Positions 1-13,725 of a stretch of DNA of 64,000 bases are shown here, in pieces. The translations under genes and the position numbers were made by a program. The stretch comes from the human T2T-CHM13v2.0 reference genome, Homo sapiens. The stretch lies in the NCBI RefSeq assembly GCF_009914755.1, contig NC_060942.1. The stretch is one strand, 5' to 3'. A model generated the notes under the pieces. That model ran no database searches. It was not told the DNA's origin and saw only the letters and a program-made list of their open reading frames with translations. How positions within the stretch are numbered: the first letter of the stretch is position 1; the number at the start of each line of letters is the position of its first letter.

Positions 1-432
1 AGACAGAGCAGAGAGATTATATTCAGAAATGTTCTGAAAAGCAAGAATGAATGGAAACCAAACACAAGAGAAGGAGGTGACTTTAGATAGGAGGAAGAAC
101 AACTCCTTATTCTAACAGGAGGTTGAAAGAAAGAATGGACGTAGATACACATAGGTTTGGAGGATTTTAAAAAGTTGGGGTAAAAGCAAAAAAAAAAAAG
201 TAAAGTTGGGGTGTGCATGTGTGTCTGTAGGCAGAGAAATACCTTTAAAATGGCTTCTATTTTCTTTAGGAATAGAAGTGAGTTCATTTGCTGATCCAGC
301 AAATGGAAATGATAATAGATTTGGATTCTTACGTGAGAGAATTTTTTTATTAGTACATGAGCTTGTATTCTCACAGTCTTAGCAACAAAGTGAAACATTT
401 AGTCAATCTGTTTTCTAAATATTAGATATGGC

Positions 433-741
433 TTTTGTTTTTGTTTTTGTTTTGGTTTTTTTTTTTGAGACAGAGTCTTGCTCTGTCACCCAGGCTGGAG
501 TGCAGTGGTGTGATGTCGGCTCACAGTAACAAACAATTCTCCTACCTCAGCCTCCTGAGTAGCTAGCTGGGATTACAGGCACCTGCCACCACTCCTGGCT
601 AATTTTTGTATTTTTTTTTTTAATAGAGACAGGGTTTCACCATGTTGGCCAGGCTGATCTCGAACTCCTGACATAAAGTGATCTGCCTGCCTCAACCTCC
701 CAAAGTGCTGGGATTACTGGTGTGAGCCACCGCGCGTGACC
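433..741 (-). mobile_element. Alu SINE (AluS-type), ~20 bp deletion in right arm
   Basis: T-rich tail then gagacagagtcttgctctgtcacccaggctggagtgcagtgg ... gagccaccgcgcgtgacc; the usual cctccgcctcccgggttc segment is missing near 525-535. Confidence 0.95.
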
Positions 742-2573
742 TAGGTAAGTTCTTAACGGCTTTCTTTACTTAATTTAATCATTTTGGCTTTGGTCTGGGT
801 GATGTTTGCTTTTTGTTTACTAAAATAATCTAGTTTATCCACATGGACACAAACTCAAATCACGTTTTCAGAAGCAGCGGGCACGTTTTCAGAAGCATGT
901 TACCAATACTTCTTTCTTTCCTGACTACTGTATTCAGGATACAGCTTCCTGGATCTTGTTGAGAGTTTCAGTAATGCCATGCTACATTTCAGCTATTACT
1001 AGAACATTTCACTGTCAATGTAATTTCAGTAATAAGTTGGATTCTAACCATTTCAAGGAGGCAGTCTCTCAAAAATATTCTGGTGCTTTTCCAAAAGTTT
1101 CGAAAGCTAAGTGTGGCCAAAATGTTGCAGGTAGCCTAGAAGTTAATGTTCAAGTTTACACAAATCTCCCAAATTCCAAACTTATCATCACTTCATCTAA
1201 TATTTCCTGGGGCTTACTGATTTCCTTCATATCTCCCTAATCAATGTTTTCTTGTTCCTATTTGTGGCATATCAAACACCCTTTAACTTACAGCTTTTTT
1301 TGGCTCTGGCCTCTGAGATTATGTTTATTTTTAAGTTGTTCTTTGATTCTGAAGACTTATTAAGGCATTAATGAAGAGAGTAACTTGATGGATGTCAAAG
1401 GAGTTTCCAGTGAAGAGTTGCCAAGGATGGGCTTGATTACAGGGGCCTGTCTATGAAAATAACAGAGAAAGGTTGAGCTCTGTAATTAAATCTCTAGGTG
1501 CCTAAGCTCATAAGGACCTCCAAAACACATAAGTTGAACCCAGTATAGGTGATTATTCCAGGCTATCAGGAAGAAAAGCAAAATGTATAATCATAACTCA
1601 TAATTTAGGAGATTTAGGAGATTTAATTTAAAAAACAAATATTGAAAGACTTTCTCCAGCTATATGAGTGGTGGCCCTCTGTTACCTGAAAAATGAAAGC
1701 AGTTGTGTACACACTATCCAGAAAATGTTCCTCCTCCACTTCACTTTAGAATGACACACCCTTTTTTTCTTTTTCCTATTCCTCTCTTTGATTCAAATCA
1801 TTCTTTTCCAGGAGCATTGGACCAGCTTTTTTAAGAGGGTCATCTATTCTTTCTCACTCCGTCAAATTTATCACCACATCATCCCTGCCACTCCTGTTAT
1901 CATCCTTCTGATAGGATTAATACCATCTCAAATAAGATGTGTGGTCTGCAGGACAATACACCAGGTAGAAAGCTGCACACAGAAGGAACATGTGGGAAAG
2001 GAACTTCCCAGGAGCCTGTCAAGACAAGAAGTGTGTTGTTCAGGAGCAATTAGACCCAAGGAGGTGAAAAACTAAGAATCCAAATTAGCAAGAAAAGATT
2101 GGATCATGCGTGTGGCTGAATAGGCAAGGGAGAAGCATAATGATAAGAAACAATGATCTCTCAGTAGGGAAGCCAAGAGTGGGTGAGGTTAAGTAGAAGG
2201 ATGAATGAAGATCATGCATGGTTGGGATGCACATTCTCCATTGCCATTCTCACAAGACATAGCATGAACAGAAGGAATATTGCATTATTGAGAATGATGC
2301 TTTTATTTATTCCCACATAAAGCTTAGTTTGACATTAAAATATAAATGTATAAATGGCATAAAGGGAGACCATAAACTAAATTCCATTTATTTCCTCCCT
2401 GAAAATTATCTCTGTACTTTGAACCCTCATTTTTAAAGAACTTGACTAGTATGTATCGAGATGGAACATAGGCCATGAAATTTACTCCTATGCCCCATTG
2501 TACTATTGTTTATTGAATACCTCCCATAGATATGTGAAATGATCCCATGTTTAGTTAGAATAACTCTTTTTAG

Positions 2574-2900
<327 letters not shown>

Positions 2901-2969
2901 TTAGGTATCACATTATGTGGTACCCAGACCACAGGAAACTCATGATACAAAAGATTGTGACATTTGTTC

Positions 2970-3268
<299 letters not shown>

Positions 3269-4095
3269 CATTTGTTCTTTTTGTAGTCTTGATTTTAGAT
3301 TGCATATAGAAGAGAGACCAAACTGCATAGAAAAGGGCCTTTCACAAAAGAAAGAAAATCTGTCACTTGTCATTTCTCTGGCTCAATGTCCCTTCTCCTC
3401 AAAGCATTCTCCCTTCCTCTCCCTACCTCTTTCCAGAACAAACCAATTTTCCCTCCATCTCCTACTTCTGGTACCCAGCTCAACTTTCCAAATCCTAGAC
3501 ACGTTATCTAAGTTATGAAGCTTGATGCTCATCCCCAAGAAGCTTCATTAGCCCATGCTCCCAAAAAATGGGGATCTCTGCAGGGAGGAAGGCAGCTAAG
3601 CAACATTGAAAGGCAGCATGCACCCAAAGGAAAAGCACAGACCTCTGAACAGGAGACCAGCATGAAACGTATGGATCAAGGAAAGCCTCAGGGAGTACTG
3701 GGCCTAGATTGATGAAGAGATTGGAACCAGGAGGACTCACTCAGATGGGCAAATGAAAAAGGAGGCTACACTGGGGCAGAGAGGAAGTAGAAATGCTCAA
3801 AGATGCAGGAATAAGCATAGACTCTCTCCAGTCTGACTAGAACAGAAAATATGTCCAAAAGTAATAACAATTAGGTAGGTAGTCCCAATCCCATAGGCAC
3901 CTTGTGCCAAGGGCAAAACCTTAGAGGGCAACTGATGTCAAAACCAGAAGAGACAGGGATGGTCCCTGAGCCAAGAAGGTCAGACAAGATAATTATTTAA
4001 CATGAGAATTGAAGCTAGTCAGGTAGCCAAGAGGCTAGGAAAAAACTCTGGAATGGGTCAATGGTTTTACATACTAAGACTAAACTGGGGTACAG

Positions 4096-4240
4096 GTGAT
4101 AGTTAATCTTATGCTTCCACTTGGCTGGGTCATGGAGTGCCCAAATTAAACATTATTTCTGGGTGTGTCTGTGAGGGTGTTTAAGGATGGGATTAGCATT
4201 TAAACTGGCAGATTCAATAAAGCAGATGGCACTCCTCAAC
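4096..4240 (+). mobile_element. MLT2 (ERVL LTR) 5' fragment
   Basis: gtgatagttaatcttatg..acttggctgggtcatggagtgccca..attatttctgggtgtgtctgtgagggtgttt..taaagcagatgg resembles the MLT2 start. Confidence 0.8.
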
Positions 4241-5311
4241 ATAATAGTAATAACAGACTTGAGTGTCCTCTCCAGCCCCTTGCTCCTTTATTTTCTGGTC
4301 CGGAATCTTTTTTAGTGGATAGTTCTTTAACAGCACTAAGGCAGATTTAGAAACAAAACAAAGCTAAATTTAAAAAACAAAAACACCTTTCAAACTTTGA
4401 CCAGAGAACCAAGAAAAATAAGTAATTCAGAGACAAGCTGGTAGGAAAAGAAGGCTAGGCTGCTTTACATAACTAATGCTGACTTCAGAATGATGTGGAA
4501 AGACAGTTAGGGTTTGTTAAGAATCCAGAGACTTCATTAGGGTCTATACTGTAATTTTGCCTAATTAGGCCCCCATAATTAGTGTTGTTCAGTATAGTAG
4601 AGAATAGGACAAAATGCTGGTGTGCAAAGCCCCATGAAAGTAATACATTTTCTCCTAGTAATGATAATGTTCCTTTTTATTATTAAAGATACAATTAAAA
4701 GGATTTGTGTTTTTCCCTTTTGCATGAGGAAAAAATAAACATTATATTTGATATTCTGATTTTCCATATATAGTGACACTGGAAATGTAATTAGCTATAC
4801 TTTTTAATGAATGATATTAAATGACTGCAATGACAACTTAAAGATGCTAAAACAGAATATGGACTCATTATTTGACTGGCAATACAGTACTAGTATTCTG
4901 TTAACCTAAGTTGCCAAACATATATCTACCATTTTTTTAAAGGTCAGGCATATACTGCTTAAAAGTAATATTTGCCTCCTATGAAATGACTGCTGGCAAA
5001 AACACTGGGAATGGAGTGATTCTTAGTGATTTAAAAGAAAAGAGGGTGAGAGGAAGGAAAGGATAGGGAGAGCAGAATGCCTTTTCTGGATGACTCTTTA
5101 TGTTCATATTTACTCATTAAAGTCTAATAGCCAAAATCAAGAGCATTCAGTAACTGGTTGAGATTGACTATGGTTTTGATCACAACAATCATGATGACAA
5201 ATATAACTTTCTTTCTAATCCTCAAGAGGTATATTAACAGGAAATATCATTATCTCCAATTTTCAGGCAAGGGAAAGCAGAGGAAGTTTAAAATTATGAT
5301 AACAATTCTCT

Positions 5312-5819
5312 CTTTTTAAAATTATTTTATTTTTTAAAAAACATTCTGGGGTACATGTGCAGAATGTGCAGGTTTGCTACATACATAAACATGGACCATG
5401 GTGGTTTACTGCACCTAACGACACATCACCTAGGTATGAAGCCCAGCATACATTAACTCTTTTCCCTAATTCTCTCCCACCGCCCCCCGACCCTGCCCTC
5501 CCACTACAGGCCCCAGGAAGTGTTGTTCCCCTCACTGTGTCCATGTGTTCTCATTGTTCAGCTCCCACTTACAAGTGAGAACATGCAGTGTTTGGTTTTC
5601 TGTTTCTGCGTTAGTTTGCTGAGGATAACGGCTTCCAGGTTCACCCATGTTCCTGCAAAGGACATCATCTCATTCCTTTTTATGGCTGCATAGTATTCCA
5701 TGGTGTATATGTACCATATTTTCTTTATCCAGTCTATCATTGTTGGGCATTTGGGTTGATTCCATGCCTTTGCTATTGTGAATCATGCTGCAACAAACAT
5801 ATGCATGCATGTATCTTTG
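5312..5819 (-). mobile_element. L1PA 3' end (5'-truncated LINE-1)
   Basis: gtacatgtgcagaatgtgcaggtttg, tgagaacatgcagtgtttggttttc, tatggctgcatagtattccatgg; TSD-like caattctct..tttt at 5302 and 5820; ORF 5558-5740 resembles the ORF2p C-terminus (MEYYAAIKRNE). Confidence 0.95.
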
Positions 5820-7104
5820 CAATTCTCTTTTTGTCTAAGATATTATTTGTGCTGAAGGAAGAAATACATAACAGCAACAAAACTTGAAAGATGTCCAATA
5901 CTATCACTTTAAGATCTGGGAATTACCTTTGTAAAATAAATACTCCCTCCTGACTGCCTTTCCCCCTTTTGGCTCACTATGCATCATGGTTATATGATGC
6001 ACATTCTAATTATATTTCGGTATCGGTCTATCAGGAGGTCGAGGTATCACTTGATTTTCCACATGCTGGTTGCAATATCCCCATACATTTTGTCACATTT
6101 TCAGAATTAACAAAATGAGCATAAACCTGTTGCAAGTGAAGAGCCAGAACCTCCTACTGAAGGGATTTTAAGGCTCTAGCACAATCCGTGTGATTCCGTA
6201 TGAAGTGTGAGTAGCCTAGCCCTGTTAATGAGCTTCCCACTCAGAAAAAGGGCCACTGTTTGAGCAGTATTGGAGAGGAGGATGGAGCATGGGTTAATGG
6301 CAGCAGACAGAGTCCAGAGAAAGGATAGTGCTGCTAACGCCTGCACTCCTGGGAATGTCAATGTCAGGATGCTGTAAAAGCCGACTATCATGAAGATACT
6401 GCCCTACATGTAGGAAAAGTCTCGATCAATGTAAACACTCATGTTTACTCTTAGCAAATATTGTTTTTCCTAATTGCATGGAGAACATTTCCATAGCCAC
6501 ATCTTTTTACCTTTGTAACAAATAAGAGTCAGAAAACTTACTTTGCCAGTGCCACTTTGAGGATGGCTCTCCAGCCATCAGGAATGCTTGAATGACACAG
6601 TGCTTCTACCCTGGGTGTCTTCAGAACATCCCTGTGGAGCAAGGAGGATGCGGTATTATCATCCCCAGAATACAGATATGGAAACTTCAGCTCAAACTCA
6701 GCATCATATAGGGAGTCATAAGTTATCAAAGCACTAAGCAATACTTTCTGACTATAAGCCTAGATTTCTGAGCCACAACCAGAATAATAAACTACATCTA
6801 AAAATGAATGAAATTATATAGAATTTCAATAGGAAAATTTTTATTATATATACTCAGCATGGCAAAATTAACTATTAATGTTCTCAAGTTCATTAGAATG
6901 AAAAGTAAATTCAATCAACAACACACTGAGCTCTACCATGTGGAAGGCGCGCTGGTATGTGCTAAGAATGTGGAAAGAGGTATCAACTACAGTCCCCCTT
7001 CATTAGGAGAGAAAGAGAGAAAAGAAAGCACACATAAAAATATAACTTTTTCAAAAAAGAGAACAAGATGCTTTAAATTTCAAAGCATTGGATAACATCT
7101 AGAC

Positions 7105-7331
7105 TAGGAGTTGGCAAACATTTTCCAGGAAGGGCCAGATAATAAATATTTTGGGCTCTCCAAGCCAACCCTGTTGCAACTAATCAAGTCTGAAGTTGTA
7201 ACTTAGTGGCCAGCTTGAAAGCAGCCATAAATAACTTGTAATGGGTGTTGCTGTGTTCCAATAAAACTTTATTTACAAAAATCAGACAGCAGTCTGGATT
7301 TGACCTGAGAGCCATAGTTTGCTGATCCTTG
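7105..7331 (+). mobile_element. MER58A (hAT-Charlie non-autonomous DNA transposon)
   Basis: TIR-like ends taggagttggcaaac / gtttgctgatccttg; internal gctgtgttccaataaaactttatttacaaaaa; decayed 8-bp TSD atctagac/acctagat. Confidence 0.9.
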
Positions 7332-7639
7332 ACCTAGATAATAACATGACTGTGTAGTTATCTTATTTTTTCTGATAATTAAGTCTATTCCTTATTTATT
7401 ATTTAGTTTTGAATAGGTGATGAGCATTCCTAGTACAAAATGCAAGAAAGTCCAAAGGCTATTCAGTGAAAAGTAAAAAAAGTCTTCCTTCTCCTCTCTA
7501 ACCATTATTGCCCTGCTCCTCTTATCCAGTTTATCACTTCTCCACCTATATTGCAATCAGTTAGTTTCTTGTGTATCCTCCCAGGGATACTCTAAGCTAC
7601 GTAAATCATGGCAGCTTTTACAGATACAACGATGATTTA

Positions 7640-7799
7640 ATTCTCGCTACAGCTCTGTGACTAGGGAGATTATCCATTATTATCTCCATTTTGAAAATGA
7701 TGAAAGGGAGAGACTCAGAAAAGCCATTACTTATCCAAGGCCATACAAGTAATAGCTGGGGTGCAAATTCAGTATTCTTTTATGTAATACACTGCCTCC
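7640..7799 (-). mobile_element. MIR SINE fragment
   Basis: attatctccattttgaaaatgatgaa..gactcaga..acttatccaaggccatacaag MIR core-like. Confidence 0.65.
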
Positions 7800-8173
7800 A
7801 AAAGAATGACTCTTTATTAAAATCAAACATCTTACAAAATGTGGAATAATGCTGGAAGTTTTGTAAAAAAAAGAGTGATTGAACTAGACTTATTGGTAAG
7901 TATAGCCTTAATCTCAAAAGCTATTTGCCCTACTTTGTGCACTTCATTCCACTCTAGGATGTCTTCTTTCCCTTCTGTAGCTGAGATGTCTGTTACACAT
8001 AAATTCTCTACACCATGGGGAAAAATAGCACTTGGCATCTTCAGGTGCCATATCATGCACAGTAGAACATCAGTAAACCCCAGGGTCTTCACATACAGGG
8101 TGTAAATCCTCCCCGTCTTCCCTCATCCTCTCTTTCTTTCTCTCTCTCTCTCTTTCCTATCAAAAACTCATGC

Positions 8174-8529
8174 TGATATGAGTTGGCTGTGTCCCCACCC
8201 AAATCTCATCTTGAATTCCCACATGTTGTGGGAAGGACCCAGTGGGAGGTAATCAAATCATGGGGCAAATCCTTCCCGTGCTGTTCTCATGATAGTGAAT
8301 AAGTCTCACAAGATCTGATGGTTTTAAAAAGAGGAGTTCCCCTGCACAAGCTCTCTCTCACTTTGCCTGCTGCCATCCATGTAAGACCTGACGTTCTCCT
8401 CCTTGCCTTCCACCATGATTGTGAGGCTTCCCCAGCAGTGTGGAACTGTAAGTCCAGTTAAACCTCTTTTTTTGTAAATTGCCCAGTTTCGTGTATGTCT
8501 TCATCAGCAGTGTGAAATAAACTAATACA
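8174..8529 (+). mobile_element. THE1 solo LTR (ERVL-MaLR)
   Basis: tgatatgagttggctgtgtccccacccaaatctcatcttgaa ... actaataca; perfect 5-bp TSD catgc (8169-8173, 8530-8534). Confidence 0.97.
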
Positions 8530-8541
8530 CATGCTTAGCAC

Positions 8542-8844
8542 TTTTTCTTTTTTTGTTTGTTTTTTTGAGACAGAGTCTTGCTCTGTCATCCAGGCTGGAG
8601 TGCAGTGGCATGATCATGGTTCACTGCAGTCTCAGACTCCTATGCTCAAGCAAACCTCCTGCCTCAACCTCTAGAGTAGCTGGGACTACAAGTATGCATC
8701 ACAATGCCCAACTAATTTACATTTTTTTTTGAGACAGGTCTTATTATGCTGCCTAGGCTTATCTGAAACTCCTGGGTTTAAGCCATCCTCCTGCCCTGGC
8801 TTCCAGAAGTGCTGAGATTACAGGCCTGAGCCACCACACCCAGC
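8542..8844 (-). mobile_element. Alu SINE (AluJ)
   Basis: gatcatggttcactgcagtctc, ctcctatgctcaagc, ctcctgggtttaagccatcctcc are AluJ-type; highly diverged. Confidence 0.93.
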
Positions 8845-11079
8845 AGCATCTTTTCTTAAAAGCTCCTATTTTATTTCCTCTCTGGTGATCTGTGTGTTCA
8901 GCACACCAATATACCTGTGTGCTTTCCCCACGTTTCTCCATATATCTGAACCCTGGACATTCTTTAAAGGTTAACTCGGGTTTGTCTCATTCCAAGAAGA
9001 CTTTATGATAACTGTGGCAAAATTCACTCTCTTTCCTCTGATTACAAAACTTTCGTTGTCTGATCTTGATGGTTCTACTCTTACTGTCTGTATTGTTGTT
9101 TAATTATTCACATATGACTGATCTCAGAGAATATTTCTCAAAATCAAAAACATACTTTTTATTCAGTCGTATACCACCTACCTCTTATCTCCATGCTATA
9201 AGCAATTCACATGGTGAGTGTTTGATAAATTTGTGTTGAATAAATAAATTGATGGAGAATATACTTAAACCTTCAGCTAGGAGCATATATTATCTGCCAC
9301 AATTCTCTTCAAAGGTGTTGTTAAGGATACTGCCCTCCATTCATAGTACAAATAATGGGTATGTTTACCTGCAGGCAAGCTGGCTTGACTCTTAGAACCA
9401 CTGTGAATTCTCTGGATTTCAAATATGTCTTTTAGTGAAGGATGCTTTTTAAACCTTAAATCTTATGCGGAATCTCACACCATATAAAACAAACTCTTCT
9501 GGCTGAACAGGTTGGTGAAGAATATTGAAACATTACAGCTGGCCTGCTCTCACCTGCTGTACCTGCCCCTTACTACTTCTGGGGAAGCCAAAGGCTTTAA
9601 GGGACCAAGATTTGATGTCTCTGACTCTCTCTCTCTCTATGCATTAGCCACTAGAGTTTATGGCCTACTTCTAGAATAGGTAGAAGACCTGCTAAACTCA
9701 TTCTTAGCTTTATTTCTTCTTTCTTACTATTTTGTCTTTATCTCATTTTCTGTAACTGTTACTTTATAATTTTATTTTATATTTTGTAAGGCATCTCAAC
9801 TTATTTCTGACACAAGGCATAAAAAAGGTAGATATATGGGTGGATCAGTACAAAACTAGTTCTAGAGCTATAATATTAATTGGCAAACAAGGTACACAAA
9901 CACTTGTGAAAAAAAACTCAATAATCAACAGCTACATATAAAACCAGTAGAAACTTTCCAGAGTGTACCACCATTCCTTCATAGTAGAGGCATGCTGGGA
10001 CTTTGTGCAGGGCAGAGCCACTGCAATCCATAGTACAAACTACACCTGCATAAATGTAAGTGGAACATAGAAAAAAAGTGTTGAAAGATTTCCTCTTAAT
10101 AATTATTGCTAAAAAGCTAAAATCTTCACACTGCTATATGGAGTATTATGGTTGAAAACCTTCAAACTGGGAAATTAGTCTACGTGATGATAAAAGTCAG
10201 CTCTCAAATGTGTGTTCTAATAGAAGGAGGTAGTGAAATGATAACAGAGCAGTAGGGGATATTCCTACTCATTTCAGTTTCTTCTCATAGATCATTATTT
10301 CTCAGGAAATTTCTGACCTCAATAAATTTCCTTTATCTTAATATTAACATTGTTCTCCACTGATTTTATTTGCCTAATGCTATTATGGTTGCCTATCCTG
10401 TTAGTTTGCTGTGATCTTGGCATCGAAACTTCCCCAGACCTGCTTGCTGGTGACTATATAAAGTTCAAGACCAATAGTTTTCAATGGTTCTTACATGAGT
10501 GAATAGAAATGTCGATTAAAGACTGGTAATGAAATGCCACAGTTTCCTGTGGATCTCAAAGCAATTTACCAAGCATTGTTATATGATCTTATGATGTTGA
10601 GGACAAGTGATTGTGTCCACATTTGTTCATGGAGCTGCAAAACCCAGGGCCCATTTCTCTCATTGCATTATTCCCCACCGAGCTGATGATAATCCTGGGA
10701 ACTCTTCAGAAGTGAGTGGGGAAGCTGATGGAAACGTTGCACTGCGGGGGGTTGAGGGTTAAGCCTGCCGCTCAGTTGTCCCAGCAGGAATCACACAACA
10801 GATTGGTTACTTCCAGAGATTAGCTCCTTCAGGTTGAACTATTGGGTACCCTTTTAGGTCCAACCAGAGGTTCACATTGTGGAGCTGTTGACTCAGATCC
10901 CCATTCAGAGACTGGACTCTACTGCCTGCTGGGTGGAGATCCAGGAGACGCAGGGTGGATTTTCCCCACTGACTCAGGAAAACAAAGACTTACATTCTGC
11001 CTGCTTTGCCTGCTTCTCCCAATGACTAAGGCAAAACCTTCCCTTTCACTTTCCACATACACCTTTTCAGTTGCCTTTC

Positions 11080-11700
11080 TGTTTAATAAACATTTATTAG
11101 GTCATGCCTTTCTGGGTATAAAAGCAACTACCAGCATAGGAATGTTTGAAAATACACAAAAAGCAAAAAGACAGGATCATTTAAATCATGCAAAGTTTCA
11201 CTTCCCAGAATTAAGCAGTTATCATTCTTTAAATATTTCCTTCCAGTCTTTTTTCTATACAGTTACACATAACACACACATAATGAGGCCAAACTTCATG
11301 CACTATATATAACGTTTCAGCTTTTTGCCTTTACAAATACATCATGAATAGTTTTGCAGGTAAATAAATGTTCTTCACAACATGATTTCTAAAGGTTTCA
11401 TAGTAGTCCATGTTAAGTCATTTTTTCATTTATTAAATCATTTTACCAATGAAATTTTGTCAATTCCAAGTTTTTGCTATTTTAAAAAAATACTGTATGA
11501 ATATGGTTGCATGAAAGTTGTTATATGCAAGTATCTCTGATCATTTTCTTATGATCCCATGAAATTGATTGCCTAAAGGCCACAAACATTTTAAAGGTCT
11601 TGGTACATGTCCTTTAGTTGCACACCCCCTCCAAAAAACAACCAAGTTATACTCTGATCAGCAAGCATTAGTGTTCCCAAAATATTCTTTTGTAATTTTT
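11080..11700 (-). mobile_element. Ancient L1M (L1ME-like) fragment
   Basis: AT-rich; tttcatagtagtccatg, tccaagtttttgctattt, tactgtatgaatat resemble old L1 3' region in antisense. Confidence 0.5.
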
Positions 11701-12784
11701 TCCCCGCTCAAGTTTGCTTTCAAGGTTCATTTTTCACATGATTTTTTCTGGATAGAAATATTGTGGGGGGTAGGAGAAGTGGTATGAGATATTTTGAACA
11801 CAACATAATTTCCACCAAGGCCCCAAACCCTCTATGACCCTCAGTGTTGGGAATAGGAGGGGTGGGGAAGCAAACCCATGCTTTCTTTTCCCTCCCAAAC
11901 AAAAAGAGCTCCAAACCCAGATCTTGCCCCATGATCGCCTACATTCGCAAACCTACATTCCTAAGAAATACAGACTGGGTTTTCCGCCGTAAAGAATCAA
12001 GCCACATGAATAATCTCTGTACAACTAACTTGAACTATTTTTCCTCTGCTAATAAAGAGGACAGCTCTATTTTTCAACCTGTGTAAATGACTTAAAGTTT
12101 CTATTTTTCTCAAACTGTCAAGAAAAGGATTCATTATTCCTTGCACATATACTTCTACATTTTGCTGTGAAAGTCAATATTTATTGCACTTTTTTTCTGC
12201 ATTTCTTAATGGAACATGTGTGTGATTATTGAATAAACATGAATGCATTCAGTTTTGCAACACTTCTACTCCCGTAATTTGTTAGGATTTTTTCAATCTT
12301 CTAACTCAAAACAGATTTATTTTTCTAATAAAATTTTGCAAGTTCTTCATCCATAGTATCCACTAGATTTATTTCATTTTCAAAATAGAAACTGCTGCAC
12401 CTGGGCAGCAATTTTTTGATCACCCCAAATGGTTTATAATGGTTTCTAGCATAGAGCAGCGGCATGCATACTCACCAGATGTACTTCAGTTCATGCATTA
12501 CATTTTTGTTCACATCTTTTGGTTTGCTTATTTCATCTCAGTCTCCCTGACCACATTCTCAGGCTTTATTTCATCCTCATTTGCACATGGCGCAAGAGAG
12601 CATTTCAGCTGCATAAAGCATCCTTTCAAAGATTCCACATGGAGACAGAAAATCTAATAAATTTCTGTTGAGTCACTTTATTATTATTAATATGATTATA
12701 TTTATTGAAGTATTTTACTCATTATTTATTACCAGATGATTATTTATCAAAATTAAAATATATAAATGAAAATTATTTAATGAT

Positions 12785-12875
12785 TTTTATTATTGTTTTT
12801 ATAACAACTTTATTAAGATATAATTCACATACCATAAAATTCACCCATTTAAAGTATACATTTCAGTGACTTTTT
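12785..12875 (-). mobile_element. L1M 3' terminus fragment
   Basis: aactttattaagatataattcacataccataaaattcacccatttaaagtataca typical L1MB/MC 3' end. Confidence 0.75.
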
Positions 12876-12877
12876 AA

Positions 12878-13725
12878 AAATTTTATTTTTAAGTTCAAGG
12901 GTATAAGTGTAGGTTTGTTACATAGGTAAACTTGTGTCATGGGGGTTTGGTATGCAAATTATTTCATCATCCAGGTCTTAAGCCTAGTACCATTGGTTAT
13001 TTTTCCTGATCTTCTCCCTCCCCCACCCTCCACCCTCCAAAAGGCCCCAGTGTGTGTTGTTCCCTTCTATGTGTCCATGTGTTCTCATCATTTAGCTCCC
13101 ACTTATAAGTAAGAACATGTGGCATTTGGTTTTCTGTTCCTGTGTTAGTTTGCTAAGGATAATAGTCTCCAACTCCATTCATGTTCCTGCAAAAGACATA
13201 ATCTCATTCTTTTTATGGCTGCATAGTATTCCATGGTATATATGTACCACATTTTCTTTATCCAGTCTATCATTAATGAGCATTTAGGTTGATTCTATGT
13301 CCTTGCTATTGTGAATAGTGCTGCAATGAACATACATATGCATATGTCTGTGTAATAGAATGATTTATATTCCTTTGGGTATGTACCTAATAATGGGATT
13401 GGTGGGTTGAATGGTATTTCTGTCTTTTGGTCTTTGAGGAATCACCACAGTGTCTTCCGTAATGGCTGAACTAATTTACACTCCCACCAACAGTGTAAAA
13501 GCATTCCCTTTTCTCCACAACTTTGCCAGCATTTGTTATTTTTTGGCTTCTTAATAATTGCCCTTCTGACTGGTGTGAGATGGTATCTCATGGTGGTTTT
13601 GACTTGTGGCAGAGAAATGAAAATTAAAACCACCATGAGATACCATCTGATGGAGCTTTTTTTCATATGATTTTTGGCCACATGTATGTCTTCATTTGAA
13701 AAGTGTCTGTTCATGTCCTTTGCCC
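12878..13725 (-). mobile_element. Older L1PA 3' end containing an internal inverted duplication
   Basis: aagttcaagggtataagtgtaggtttgttacataggtaaacttgtgtcatggggg; ORF 13442-13714 resembles ORF2p C-terminus (TTMRYHLTPVR..KCW..CWWECKLVQP). Confidence 0.95.

Noticed and set aside
1938-2335. Possible very old LTR (tgtgg...ataaagcttagtttgaca)
   Set aside because: Could not assign a family or TSD from sequence alone
10660-10737. Possible exon ending in donor-like GAA|GTGAGT (~10712)
   Set aside because: No convincing upstream acceptor or recognisable frame; cannot be supported without RNA data
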